Position numbers and translations under genes: made by a program. Under the pieces are notes generated by a model that worked only from the letters and a program-made list of their open reading frames with translations, searched no databases and was not told where the DNA came from. From Synechococcus sp. (GTDB lineage: Bacteria; Cyanobacteriota; Cyanobacteriia; PCC-6307; Cyanobiaceae), in assembly GCA_047285805.1 (NCBI GenBank), contig JBJBCN010000002.1, forward strand, positions 1,312,001-1,376,000: a DNA stretch of 64,000 nt, in the 5' to 3' direction. Position 1 is the stretch's first letter. Each line of letters begins with the position of its first letter. Positions 47,482-57,463 of the stretch are shown in pieces.

Positions 47482-47500
47482 GCTGCGGAGCTTTGAAGAA

Positions 47501-47582
47501 TGCGGATGGCGAGACTTGAACTCGCAAGACCGAAGTCACACGCCCCTCAAACGTGCGTGTCTACCAATTCCACCACATCCGC
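47501..47582 (-). tRNA. tRNA-Leu(GAG)
   Basis: GCGGATGTGGTGGAATTGGTAGACAC..; anticodon loop TTGAGGG; long variable arm; GTTCAAG T-loop. Confidence 0.96.
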
Positions 47583-47794
47583 GTGGTAGTGAGAGCCCAC
47601 ACCAGAACGATGTCCTAGACTGGATTCTCGGGGGGAATGCACCACCGAGAAACGGTGGCGTGAGGGGTGCAGCGCTGATGCACTGCCCAGGCAATATACC
47701 CATCACCTGACCCCGCTCAGCAACGGGAGGGTCTCGGTCAACACTGATACAGTCCCACCGGCCTGCCCTGCCGGATTCGCCGGACTGCCACTGG

Positions 47795-49147
47795 ATGCCC
47801 ATCGGCAAACTGCTGATCGCCAACCGCGGCGAAATTGCTCTTCGGATCCTGCGCACCTGCAGGGAATTGGGTATTCCCACCGTGGCCGTCTACAGCACGG
47901 TTGATCGCAACGCCCTGCACGTTCAACTGGCTGACGAAGCGGTCTGCATCGGCGATGCACCGAGCAGCAAGAGCTACCTCAATATCCCCAACATCCTCGC
48001 GGCAGCGACCTCGAGGGACGCCGACGCGATCCACCCCGGCTATGGCTTCCTGGCCGAGAACGACAAGTTCGCCGAAATCTGCGCCGACCACGGCCTGACC
48101 TTTGTTGGCCCCTCGCCCGAGTCGATCCGCTCGATGGGCGATAAGTCCACGGCCAAGGCCACCATGCAGAAGGTGGGAGTCCCCACCATCCCCGGCAGCG
48201 AAGGCCTGCTGGAGAACGTGGACGATGCCCGCAGCCTGGCGGAGTCCATGGGCTACCCCGTGATGATTAAGGCGACCGCCGGTGGCGGTGGCCGCGGGAT
48301 GCGCCTGGTTCCCTCAGCGGACCAACTCGACAACCTCTTCAAGGCCGCCCAAGGGGAGGCGGAAGCCGCCTTTGGCAACCCCGGTCTCTACATGGAGAAG
48401 TTCATCGACCGGCCCCGGCACGTCGAGGTTCAGGTGCTGGCTGACCGCCATGGAAACGTGGTCCATGTCGGAGAGAGAGACTGCTCCATTCAGCGACGTC
48501 ACCAAAAGCTACTCGAGGAAGCCCCGAGCGTGGCTATCGACGCAGAACTGCGCCGGCGCATGGGCCAGGCCGCCGTCGCCGCAGCTCGCACGATTGGCTA
48601 CGAGGGCGCCGGCACCGTGGAGTTCCTGGTGGATCGCACCGGCAACTTCTATTTCATGGAGATGAACACCCGCATTCAAGTCGAGCATCCCGTGACCGAG
48701 ATGGTCAGCGGTGTAGACCTGATTGCCGAGCAACTGCGCATCGCCGGCGGTAAGCCCATCTCAGTCAGCCAGGACCAGATCAAACTCACCGGCCACGCCA
48801 TTGAAGTCCGGATCAACGCAGAGGACCCCCGCCAAAACTTCCGGCCTGCCCCCGGCAAGATCACCGGTTGGCTTCCGCCCGGCGGCCCCGGGGTTCGCTT
48901 CGACAGCCACGTCTACACGGGCTATGAGATCCCGCCCTTCTACGACTCCTTGATCGGCAAGCTGATCGTCTGGGGCAAGGACCGCGATCACGCCCTGAAG
49001 CGCCTGCGCCGCGCCCTGGCGGAATGTGCCGTTACCGGGATTCCCACCACAATTGATTTCCACCTACAACTGCTGGAGCGCCCGGAGTTCATCTCCGGTG
49101 ACGTGCACACCAAGTTCGTTGAGCAGGAGATGCTGCCGAACGGCTAA
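47795..49147 (+). CDS. accC: Acetyl-CoA carboxylase biotin carboxylase
   Basis: [35 protein letters not shown]. Confidence 0.97.
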   Translation: MPIGKLLIANRGEIALRILRTCRELGIPTVAVYSTVDRNALHVQLADEAVCIGDAPSSKSYLNIPNILAAATSRDADAIHPGYGFLAENDKFAEICADHGLTFVGPSPESIRSMGDKSTAKATMQKVGVPTIPGSEGLLENVDDARSLAESMGYPVMIKATAGGGGRGMRLVPSADQLDNLFKAAQGEAEAAFGNPGLYMEKFIDRPRHVEVQVLADRHGNVVHVGERDCSIQRRHQKLLEEAPSVAIDAELRRRMGQAAVAAARTIGYEGAGTVEFLVDRTGNFYFMEMNTRIQVEHPVTEMVSGVDLIAEQLRIAGGKPISVSQDQIKLTGHAIEVRINAEDPRQNFRPAPGKITGWLPPGGPGVRFDSHVYTGYEIPPFYDSLIGKLIVWGKDRDHALKRLRRALAECAVTGIPTTIDFHLQLLERPEFISGDVHTKFVEQEMLPNG

Positions 49148-49488
49148 GCCTGCAGCACGCTCAAGCGCATCACCATCTGGGTCAGCAGCCCCTGCTGACC
49201 CACCAACAGCTCTCGAATCAGGCTGACCAGCCCCACCCAGATCACGGGGGTGACATCCACCCCGCCGATCGGAGCGATCAACTTGCGGCTGACGGCAAGC
49301 ACCGGCTCAGTCGGAATCGCCACCAGCTTCCAAAACCCCTGGCTGAGATCCACCTGCGGGTACCAGGTCAGAACGATCCGGAACAAGAACAGCAAGGTCC
49401 AGGCCGAGAGCACCAGACCCAGGCCCACTGCAAAGGGCGGCAGCACAAGACGGAGCAGTTCCAAGCTGGAGCCATCAGTTCCCGTCAC
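49144..49488 (-). CDS. YggT family membrane protein
   Basis: [23 protein letters not shown]. Confidence 0.9.
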   Translation of the reverse strand: MTGTDGSSLELLRLVLPPFAVGLGLVLSAWTLLFLFRIVLTWYPQVDLSQGFWKLVAIPTEPVLAVSRKLIAPIGGVDVTPVIWVGLVSLIRELLVGQQGLLTQMVMRLSVLQA

Positions 49489-49565
49489 AAAGCCCTAAGC
49501 AGCGGCTACGCAATCGTAGGAAGTTGCCATCACTGCCTAGGATTACCCGCGGATTCGGCACAGTC

Positions 49566-49688
49566 ATGACCCCTTCCCTCGCCAATTTTCTGAGCAGCCT
49601 TCTCTGGGGCGCCGTGATCGTGGTCATCCCTGTGGCAGCCGCAGTGATCCTGATCAGCCAGAACGACCGGGTCGACCGCAAGCTCTGA
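49566..49688 (+). CDS. psbX: Photosystem II protein X
   Basis: MTPSLANFLSSLLWGAVIVVIPVAAAVILISQNDRVDRKL. Confidence 0.95.
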   Translation: MTPSLANFLSSLLWGAVIVVIPVAAAVILISQNDRVDRKL

Positions 49689-49754
49689 TTCCGCTTCGGC
49701 TGCCGGGCCGGTCTCGACGCCCGCCCTAGAGTGGCCTGAAAGGGCAATCGATCT

Positions 49755-50642
49755 GTGGTTAACGCCAGCCTGAATTGGGCCAGCATTGTCGGGATCGTGC
49801 TGGCCGTCGGCGGGGCTCTCCTCTATTTCATGAGGAGCTTCAAACCGGCTCTGGCCCGCGACTACGACGTGTTTTTTGCCGCCGTTGGGCTTCTCTGCGG
49901 CGGCATTCTCTTTTTCCAGGGCTGGCGCCTGGATCCGATACTCCAGTTCGGTCAATTCCTGCTGGCCGCAACCACCGTCTTCTTCGGCTACGAGAGCGTG
50001 CGGCTCCGGGGTGTGACAACGGAACAGGCCCGGCGCTCCTCCTACTTCGACGACGACGACGAACCCAGTCCAAGGCCGCGCATGGGTGGCGGAGGGGACT
50101 TCCGCGACGACGCCGACCGCTTTGACGATCCCCAGCCCCTGCGCCGGCGGATCCGCTCCCGAGAGGACAGCTACGGCGAACGGGAAGAAGATGATTTCTA
50201 CCGTCCCCGTCGCCCCGCCCGTGCCGCCATCCCCGAGCGGGCCGCGTCCCGGGATGATTGGCAAGGCCAAGGCGGCCGCTCCGAGCGGGACCGCGAGCCC
50301 TCCAGCCGCTTCCGCGCTAGCGGCGCCCCAGCCTCCTCGCCTTCGGAATTCGGCAGTCGCCGCCAAGGCCGAGAGGATATGCGCCGCGGCAGCCGTCCGA
50401 CGATTCGCCCTGACGACATGCCCCGCTCCAGCCGTCGCGGCAGCCCCATGGGGGAGGCCTCCTCGACCCCGAGCACCGGCAATCCGGGTGTGCCCCAAGG
50501 GGCTCCCTATCAAGCCAACGCCAAACCAGAATCGGAAGCGGGCGTGAGTGATGCCGAGTTCCGGCCGGTCAAGCCGGCCGCTGGTGGCAGCACCAACGGA
50601 TCCCCCCGTCCCCGCGACAACAGTTCCCGCTTCGACGACTGA
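49755..50642 (+). CDS. ycf66: Ycf66 family protein
   Basis: LARDYDVFF, FQGWRLDPILQF. Confidence 0.93.
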   Translation: MVNASLNWASIVGIVLAVGGALLYFMRSFKPALARDYDVFFAAVGLLCGGILFFQGWRLDPILQFGQFLLAATTVFFGYESVRLRGVTTEQARRSSYFDDDDEPSPRPRMGGGGDFRDDADRFDDPQPLRRRIRSREDSYGEREEDDFYRPRRPARAAIPERAASRDDWQGQGGRSERDREPSSRFRASGAPASSPSEFGSRRQGREDMRRGSRPTIRPDDMPRSSRRGSPMGEASSTPSTGNPGVPQGAPYQANAKPESEAGVSDAEFRPVKPAAGGSTNGSPRPRDNSSRFDD

Positions 50643-50647
50643 GGCCG

Positions 50648-51187
50648 TTGCACACCCGAGCACTGGTGATGGCTGGCGTGCTGCTGGCCATCGGCGGATG
50701 CGGATTGCGCCGGCAGACGGCCAGTCCGATCGGCCTCAATGGGGCTGAGAACCGCGAGCAGCCGGCCCTGAGCGGCGATGGTCGTTTGCTGGCCTCCCTC
50801 GTCGAGCGCGGCGGACGCACCACGGTTCTGCTGCAGGAGCGCCGCAGCGGCAAGGTGCTGCCCCTGGGGCACCTGCGGAGACATCAACCCCACAGTTCCC
50901 CTTCGCTGAGTTGGAACGGCCGCTACCTGGCCCTCTTGATCCAACGGGGGGCCCGCCGGGAGGCGGTCATTGAAGATCGGGCCAGCGGCGCCCTCCAGCC
51001 CCTCTTTCTGCCTGGGAATGCGGAGCCCAGGCGACTCAGCCTGGCGCCGGATGCCCGCCAACTGGCGGTGGAGCTCACCAGCCAAGGCAGCACGCGGCTG
51101 CAGCTCTATGACCTGAGCGGACTGCTGGAGCCGGACCTGGCCCCGGGTCTGCGCGAGAGCGGCGGTGGACCAGGGGGGCCGCCGTGA
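50648..51187 (+). CDS. TolB-like lipoprotein
   Basis: PALSGDGR, PSLSWNGRY repeats. Confidence 0.75.
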   Translation: MHTRALVMAGVLLAIGGCGLRRQTASPIGLNGAENREQPALSGDGRLLASLVERGGRTTVLLQERRSGKVLPLGHLRRHQPHSSPSLSWNGRYLALLIQRGARREAVIEDRASGALQPLFLPGNAEPRRLSLAPDARQLAVELTSQGSTRLQLYDLSGLLEPDLAPGLRESGGGPGGPP

Positions 51188-51669
51188 CGCGGCGCCTCGT
51201 GCTCACAGCCGGCACGGCGCTGCTCCTGCTCAGCGGCTGTGGCGGTGGACGGCTGCGGCCCCTCGCCGGGCTCAACCAGCAACTCAATCAACTGGGCCAA
51301 GGCCGGAGTCCTTCGCTCTCCGGCGGCTGGCTGGCCTTAATCGCCGCCCGCGGCAGCGGCCGCGTCCAGGTGCAGCTGATCGACGTCAACCGCCGCAACC
51401 CCGTCCCCCTGCCCGGGCTGAATCGACCAGATGCCCTGCCGATCAGCGTCGCCGTGGACCAAAACGCGGAACGCCTCGCCGTCGTGCGCCAACGGGAGGA
51501 CCGCACCGAATTAGTGCTTTATAAACGCAGACTGCAGGCCACACAACTCCTTCCGATGGAGCCCGCCGGGGTGCCGCGTCAAGTGAGCTTCAGCGCCGAT
51601 GGGCGCGTGCTGGCGGTAGAGGTCAGCCGCGGCGGACTCTGGCAGATAGATCTCCTGGAGATCCCCTAG
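51184..51669 (+). CDS. TolB-like lipoprotein
   Basis: LSGC lipobox, SFSADGR repeat. Confidence 0.7.
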   Translation: MTRRLVLTAGTALLLLSGCGGGRLRPLAGLNQQLNQLGQGRSPSLSGGWLALIAARGSGRVQVQLIDVNRRNPVPLPGLNRPDALPISVAVDQNAERLAVVRQREDRTELVLYKRRLQATQLLPMEPAGVPRQVSFSADGRVLAVEVSRGGLWQIDLLEIP

Positions 51670-51676
51670 ACGAGCC

Positions 51677-51859
51677 TCAGCCGACGAAGCCGGCCCAACT
51701 CAGGAAAGTCTTCCCGCTGATGGCCTCCACCACGAGGATCGCCACGAAGCCGACCATGGCGAAGCGACCGTTGACCCGCTCGGCATAACCGCTCCACCCG
51801 AAGGCCGGAGCGTCATTGGTGGTGGCGCTTGTGGCAGGGACGTCGGGCGTCTCGGACAT
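51677..51859 (-). CDS. hli: High-light inducible protein
   Basis: AERVNGRFAMVGF. Confidence 0.92.
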   Translation of the reverse strand: MSETPDVPATSATTNDAPAFGWSGYAERVNGRFAMVGFVAILVVEAISGKTFLSWAGFVG

Positions 51860-51866
51860 CGTGGGA

Positions 51867-53858
51867 TCAGGCTCCTGAGCTGAAGTCATAGCTGGTGGCG
51901 GGAATCAGCTTCCATCCCCCCTGGCCGTCGAGCTCGAGCACCAGGTCGTGGAAGCTCTTGAGGCTAGGGCGGTGGCCCACGCTCACGAAGGCCATCTCCC
52001 GTTGGGAGAGCAGCTCATAGAGGTGTCTCTCCGTACCCACGTCCAGGGCACTGGTGGCCTCATCCAGCACCACAAAGCGCGGGGAATTCAGCAACAGGCG
52101 AGCAAAGGCCAAGCGCTGCTGCTCGCCCAGCGAGAGCAGCCGCGGCCAGTCCTGCTTGATGTCGAAATCGGGGTAACGCTGCACCAGGGCCGACAGACGC
52201 ACCTCGTTCAAAACGCTGCGCAGGTGCTCATCGCTGAAGCGCTGGGGCTCCTGGGGATAACAGAGCTGCTCCCGCAGGCTGCCCAGAATCATGTAAGGCT
52301 TCTGGGGGATGAACAGCAGCTCTGAGAGGGGCGGACGCTGGACCTCACCAAGGGCCGCCGGCCAGAGGCCACTGACCAGACGCAGAAAGGAGGTCTTACC
52401 GCAGCCGCTGGGGCCCACGACCAACACCCGCTGCCCCGGACCCACCTCGAGGCTCAAATCCTGAATCAAGCGCCGCTCACTATTGGGGGGCACCAGATCG
52501 ACGTGACGCACCAACAGCGAACCAGAGGCCCCAGCGCTGGATTGCGCCTCGCTCAAACGCTGCTGCTCGGCGTTGAACTCGCTAATGGCTTCGACCTTGC
52601 CCTGGAACCCCTCCAGACGGCTAATCGATGCGGAGAAGGCGGCCAGGCGGTCGATGTTGTTGACGATGAAACTCACCGAGAACAGCACCTGGGAGAAGGC
52701 AATCCCGGCCTGGGCGAAGACCCCGAAATCCACCTCCTTGGCGAAGTAGATCGGAGCGATCACCAACCATGGCAAAAAGCGTGAGAAATAGTCATAAGAG
52801 CGCTGAATCACGCTGATCAGTGCTTCCCAAATGATCAGCTTGTTGTAGTTCTGAATCGCCCCACCAAGGCGCCGCTCCGCCTCCCGTGATTCCTGCTGCT
52901 CACCGCGGTAGAAGGCGATCGATTCGGCGTTATCGCGGATGTGCACCAAGCCGTAACGGAAGTCGGCTTCCAGGCGCAACTGGTCGTAGTTCAGAGCCAC
53001 CAGCTTGCGGCTGGCGAAGACGATCACGGCCGTCCCGCCCAGGGAATAGATCAGCAGCCATAGGGCCAGGGTCGAGCTGATCGTCCACAGCACCACTATG
53101 AAGCTGAGAAAGGTCAAAACGGCAGACACGACCTCGACACTGACGCTCAGGCTGGTGCCCGTGAAGCTGGCGGTGTCCTGGGAGATCCGTTGGTCCGGGT
53201 TATCAATTTCTTCGGCCGCCTCATCGTTGGGATTGAGGACGTAGTAAGCGCGATTAGTCAGGTAGCGCCGCAAAAGGCGGCCACTGAGCCATTCCCGCCA
53301 CAACAAACCCAAGCGGGGAATCAGGTAGCTCTGCAGGGCCCGGATCGGCAACGCCAGCACCAAGCAGAAGGCGTAGATCGCGACGATCTGCCAGAACTCT
53401 TCGACCTTGTAGGTGACAAGAGCGTTTTCAACGTTGCGGGCGACATAGCTGATGCCGACGTTGATCCCGTTGATCACCAGGATCAGCAGGGTGATCACAC
53501 CGAGCATCAGCCACGGGAGCCAGCGCCCCTGACGCAACTTGCTGCGCAGGGAGACAAAACTGCCGACCCCTGCCGCAAACAGGACCATCAAGATCGGTCC
53601 GGCGGGACTGGCCCAAATCGAAGCCACCTGCTCGGGCACCCCTGGCAGGAAACGGGCCTGAAACTCAGGCAGCAGCGCAACACTCAGGGCGATGACCCCA
53701 CTGAGCAGCAACAGGGTGCTGCCGGCCACGACCGCCAACAGAGCCAGAATCAGCAGCAGGAACTGCCAACCACTGGTCTCCTCAACGGGAAGGAAGTAGG
53801 GCTGAGCCAGCCGCTGCAGCTTGATGAGCTGACGGCGGAAGGCCTGCAGGGGATTCAT
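51867..53858 (-). CDS. ABC transporter fused permease/ATPase (ABCD/YddA-like)
   Basis: DNPDQRI, GPSGCGKT, LSLGEQQR, LDEATSALD. Confidence 0.92.
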   Translation of the reverse strand: MNPLQAFRRQLIKLQRLAQPYFLPVEETSGWQFLLLILALLAVVAGSTLLLLSGVIALSVALLPEFQARFLPGVPEQVASIWASPAGPILMVLFAAGVGSFVSLRSKLRQGRWLPWLMLGVITLLILVINGINVGISYVARNVENALVTYKVEEFWQIVAIYAFCLVLALPIRALQSYLIPRLGLLWREWLSGRLLRRYLTNRAYYVLNPNDEAAEEIDNPDQRISQDTASFTGTSLSVSVEVVSAVLTFLSFIVVLWTISSTLALWLLIYSLGGTAVIVFASRKLVALNYDQLRLEADFRYGLVHIRDNAESIAFYRGEQQESREAERRLGGAIQNYNKLIIWEALISVIQRSYDYFSRFLPWLVIAPIYFAKEVDFGVFAQAGIAFSQVLFSVSFIVNNIDRLAAFSASISRLEGFQGKVEAISEFNAEQQRLSEAQSSAGASGSLLVRHVDLVPPNSERRLIQDLSLEVGPGQRVLVVGPSGCGKTSFLRLVSGLWPAALGEVQRPPLSELLFIPQKPYMILGSLREQLCYPQEPQRFSDEHLRSVLNEVRLSALVQRYPDFDIKQDWPRLLSLGEQQRLAFARLLLNSPRFVVLDEATSALDVGTERHLYELLSQREMAFVSVGHRPSLKSFHDLVLELDGQGGWKLIPATSYDFSSGA

Positions 53859-53896
53859 GAGGGCGCTCAGATGCCTTCATTCTCGCCGCTTGCAAC

Positions 53897-54259
53897 TCAG
53901 CCTGGAGGCCAAGCCAAGGGACGGCCACCGATCACGTGCACATGCAGGTGGAAGACGGTCTGGCCGGCCTCCTCGCCGCTGTTGATGACCGTGCGGAAGC
54001 CCGTAAGCCCCTCCTGCTTGGCCACCTTGGCGGCCACCAGCAGCAGATGGCCCAGCAATGACGCCTGGCAGGCCTCGGCCTCCGCCAGGTTCACCACGTG
54101 CTCGCGCGGGATCACCAGGATGTGGACCGGAGCCTGGGGAGCCACGTCGCGAAAAGCCAGACACTGTCCATCGGCATAGACCTGATCGCAGGGAATCTCC
54201 CCCCGCAGGATCCGGCCAAAAATCGTGTCGTTTCTAGCGAGGTCAGCGGCGTCGGCCAT
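53897..54259 (-). CDS. Histidine triad nucleotide-binding protein
   Basis: HLHVHVIGG, PQAPVHILVIP. Confidence 0.95.
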   Translation of the reverse strand: MADAADLARNDTIFGRILRGEIPCDQVYADGQCLAFRDVAPQAPVHILVIPREHVVNLAEAEACQASLLGHLLLVAAKVAKQEGLTGFRTVINSGEEAGQTVFHLHVHVIGGRPLAWPPG

Positions 54260-54319
54260 GGGTTCAGGCAGCTGGTGAAACAGCGGTGGAACTTCGAAAC
54301 CAGCGCTGTCCTTAAGCCG

Positions 54320-55426
54320 ATGCTGGCACGATCAAGCACCGCCGCCCTGGTCGGGATCGAGGCCTATCCCGGCCATGTGGAGGTGGATCTCGCCACCGGC
54401 CGGCCTGCTCTGGTCATCGTCGACCTAGCCGATGCGGTCGTTCAGGAATCCCGGGAGCGGGTGCGCTCAGCCCTGCGCAAAAGCGGGCTGGGGCTGCCGC
54501 TCTCGCGAGTGGTCGTCAGCCTGGCGCGAGCTTACCGCCGCAAGCAGGGGCCCAGCTTTGATCTCCCCATCGCCCTAGCCCTGGCCTGAGCGAGTGGACA
54601 ACTACAACCCGAGCAACTCGAGGGGATCTGGTGCTGCGGCGAACTCGGCCTCGATGGCCAGCTACGGCCCATCCGCGGGGCCCTCTTGATCGCTCTGGGC
54701 GCGCACGAGTCCGGAGTCCGGGTCCTCCTGGTCCCCGAGACCAATGGGCCGGAAGCCGCTTTGGTGGAGGGGCTTGAGGTTCGGCCGGCCGGCAGCTTGA
54801 ACGAAGACTTCGAGGCCCTGCAGCCGAGCCACACCCCCAAGCCGCTGCCGGCTCAAGGTCCCCTCCAAGCGCCAGGGGCACGCCCGTCGATTGCGGGACG
54901 TGCACGGCCAGCCCAACGGCCGCCGTGCCTTGAAAATCGCCGCGGCAGGGGGCTATCGCCTCCTGCTCGTGGACCCGCCCGGCAGCTGCTCCAGCGCCAA
55001 ACGCCAACGCTACTGGGGACGCCTCTCAGGCCCCTTGCTCAATCGCATTGACCTGAAGGTGGTCATGCGGCGGGTTCCGGCGACGATCCTGCGGTAGGGC
55101 TATGGAGCAGGCCGCCGCCTCGCGTCCCCGGAATCCACGGGCTGCGTCGCCCAGCGAATCCAGCAGGCACGGGCGCGGATGGTCCAGCGCAATCCCCCAG
55201 GGATCAACAACCACAGCTGAGCGCACGCGATCAGCGCGAGGGTGCTCAGCTGGTCCCAGACGGGCTCAGCCTCTGGGAGCAGGTCATGGCGGCGCGGGCC
55301 CTGTCCACCCGCAGCGGTCAACATCTGCTGAGCGTGGCCCGAATCATTGCCGATCTCGATGGCACAGCGCAGGTCGGGACCCTAGCGGTGGCCGAAGCCC
55401 TCACCTACCGCAGCTTTACGCCCTAG
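54320..55426 (+). pseudogene. comM: YifB/ComM ATPase pseudogene
   Basis: ESRERVRSA, FDLPIA, GELGLDG, SGPLL.RID fragments; stop at 54587, frameshifts, internal deletion at Walker A. Confidence 0.9.
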
Positions 55427-55566
55427 TGCTTGTGGGGAGGTGTATCGCGGTAAGGCTGCACGCCCACGTTGGGGGGCTGGTGCTGGCGCTCTTCGAGCGG
55501 ATTGCCAAAGGCATTGCCCACGCTTTTGCCAAACCAGCGGTTGATGGCATTGAACAACTGCTTCAC
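55423..55566 (-). CDS. Small hypothetical protein (47 aa)
   Basis: MKQLFNAINRWFGKSVGNAFGNPLEERQHQPPNVGVQPYRDTPPHKH. Confidence 0.55.
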   Translation of the reverse strand: MKQLFNAINRWFGKSVGNAFGNPLEERQHQPPNVGVQPYRDTPPHKH

Positions 55567-55668
55567 AGCGCACCTCGATGGAGACCTTCACCATCATTGG
55601 TAGCCATGAAAAAACGGGAATCAGTGTTTCTACCGATTCCCGCTGAAAGGTTGGGCTGAAGCCGAAGC

Positions 55669-55839
55669 TCAGCGGCGGCGGCGGCGCTGCTGGGCCTTGC
55701 GCTTGTACTTCTCTACGGGAGTCTCGTGGTGACGCAGACGCTTGAGATCGGCAAAGATCCCGGCCTTGGAGACCTGGCGCTTGAAACGGCGCAGCGCCGA
55801 CTCAATGCCCTCGTTCTCGCCGACGGTGACCTGGGTCAT
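55669..55839 (-). CDS. rpsU: 30S ribosomal protein S21
   Basis: [31 protein letters not shown]. Confidence 0.97.
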   Translation of the reverse strand: MTQVTVGENEGIESALRRFKRQVSKAGIFADLKRLRHHETPVEKYKRKAQQRRRRR

Positions 55840-55916
55840 AAAACCGATCTAAGAATTTTGCAGTTTGAAGATGATACCAAGCGCTCTTCACCCAATCCCC
55901 CGCGAGGGGGAGGGGA

Positions 55917-56534
55917 TCACCAAAGACCAGGGACAGCGGGATCCATAGCGGGCTGATCACCGGTCGGAGCGGGCTGCTCAGCCACCGGCCAGCTTTCCCT
56001 AAAGATGTAGATGTGACCGAGGTTCCGTCCACCGAACTGACGGCGCATCAGCTTCCAGCCGGGTTCGGGCTGCAGAAGAAGGTAGTCGGTGTTTTTGTTA
56101 TGGCCGCCGGTGCGGGCAATAACCATCTCCGGGCCGGCGCTGGGCTTTGAGGGGAAGGCCATCAGAACGTTGTCGCCCTTCTCCCGCACCACGCTGATGC
56201 GGTAAATACTGGCCAGGTCGTCCTCGCCCACCCGCAGGGAATAGCCGTTGCCGTCGATGTAGCGGCTACAGATCCCCGTGAAGTCAAAGCTGGAAAGCAG
56301 GGGGTCGACCTTCACCGGCCCCTCCTCCACCAAGGCGAAACAAGGACGGGTGTCCTTGCGTTGTTCGTAGATATTCAGCTGGGCCCGCTCGCCTGTTCCA
56401 ATCGGGGCAGCGACGATGACGAACCTGGTCTGATCGACCTCTACAGCTTCAAACAACGCTTTGGCCTGCACGGGCGCAGCTATCAGGCTTGCGACCGGAA
56501 GCAGGGCAGCCAGGGTTCGGACCAGAGAAAACAC
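55917..56534 (-). CDS. DUF3747 family secreted protein
   Basis: VDPLL..FDFTGIC.RYIDGNGYSLR. Confidence 0.85.
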   Translation of the reverse strand: MFSLVRTLAALLPVASLIAAPVQAKALFEAVEVDQTRFVIVAAPIGTGERAQLNIYEQRKDTRPCFALVEEGPVKVDPLLSSFDFTGICSRYIDGNGYSLRVGEDDLASIYRISVVREKGDNVLMAFPSKPSAGPEMVIARTGGHNKNTDYLLLQPEPGWKLMRRQFGGRNLGHIYIFRESWPVAEQPAPTGDQPAMDPAVPGLW

Positions 56535-56593
56535 AGAGTCGCTTCAGTTGGCAGGGGCTGATCGTAAAAGTGATCGGCAGCGGCGCCAGTCCC

Positions 56594-56785
56594 TCAGGCC
56601 GGCTTGTTGATCCGAATGGCCACCAACAGGCTGATCAACGTGCCAGGCAGGGACAGGCCAAGGATCGTGCCGGTGGCGGTCACCCCCAGCTCGGGGTCGC
56701 CGTAGGCCAACTCAAATACTGATCCGGTAGCGGCAATACCCAAAACGCAGGCCAAGGCAAGGAAGAGTCCCGCTAGGGGTTTCAT
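56594..56785 (-). CDS. Small two-helix membrane protein
   Basis: IAATGSVFELAYGDP.LG. Confidence 0.75.
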   Translation of the reverse strand: MKPLAGLFLALACVLGIAATGSVFELAYGDPELGVTATGTILGLSLPGTLISLLVAIRINKPA

Positions 56786-56801
56786 CGGCATAACGAATGG
56801 C

Positions 56802-57404
56802 TCAGGCGATGGTATGGACGTCGGAGCGGTCAAACCCCTTTTCTTTCAAACCCTCGAGGAGCTTCTCATCGTCGGTAACCCGATCCACAAAGAGAACCCC
56901 GTTGAGATGGTCCATCTCGTGCTGGATGCAGCGGGCCATCAGGCCATCGGCCTTCATCCGCTTGGGGCGGCCGAAGGCATCCCGGTAGCTCACATCCACC
57001 ACGCTGGGGCGAACCACATCCAGGTAAACGCCGGGGATGCTCAGGCAACCCTCTTCATAGGTGCACAGGCCACCGCCCACGGAGGTGATCTCCGGGTTGA
57101 TCAACACCAGGGGAGGGCTATTAGGGTCATCCAGCTCCAAGTCGATCACCAGCAGCTGTTGGTTCACACCAATCTGCGGAGCAGCAAGGCCAATGCCTTT
57201 GGCGGCGTACATGCTCACCAGCATGTCGGTGGCCAGCTTGCGGACCGCGTCATCAACCTTGCCGATGCGCCGCGCCGGCTCCCGCAGGGCCTCATCACCC
57301 AGCTTGTGGATTTCGAAGGGAGGATTCTCGATGGGCTCCTTGGACACCTGCAGGCGTCCAGAGAGCTCAGCCGAGCGCGCCAACTTGGCGAAGCTATTGG
57401 CCAA
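56802..57404 (-). CDS. def: Peptide deformylase
   Basis: GIGLAAPQ, EGCLS, QHEMDHL. Confidence 0.97.
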   Translation of the reverse strand: MANSFAKLARSAELSGRLQVSKEPIENPPFEIHKLGDEALREPARRIGKVDDAVRKLATDMLVSMYAAKGIGLAAPQIGVNQQLLVIDLELDDPNSPPLVLINPEITSVGGGLCTYEEGCLSIPGVYLDVVRPSVVDVSYRDAFGRPKRMKADGLMARCIQHEMDHLNGVLFVDRVTDDEKLLEGLKEKGFDRSDVHTIA

Positions 57405-57463
57405 GACGTGTCCTCAACAGCGTTGCAAACAGCGATTCTAGGAGGCCTGATCTGCATGTTCCG

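Noticed and set aside
47501..47582. tRNA-Leu as an integration site
   Set aside because: No duplicated 3' end or integrase nearby; flanks are core genes
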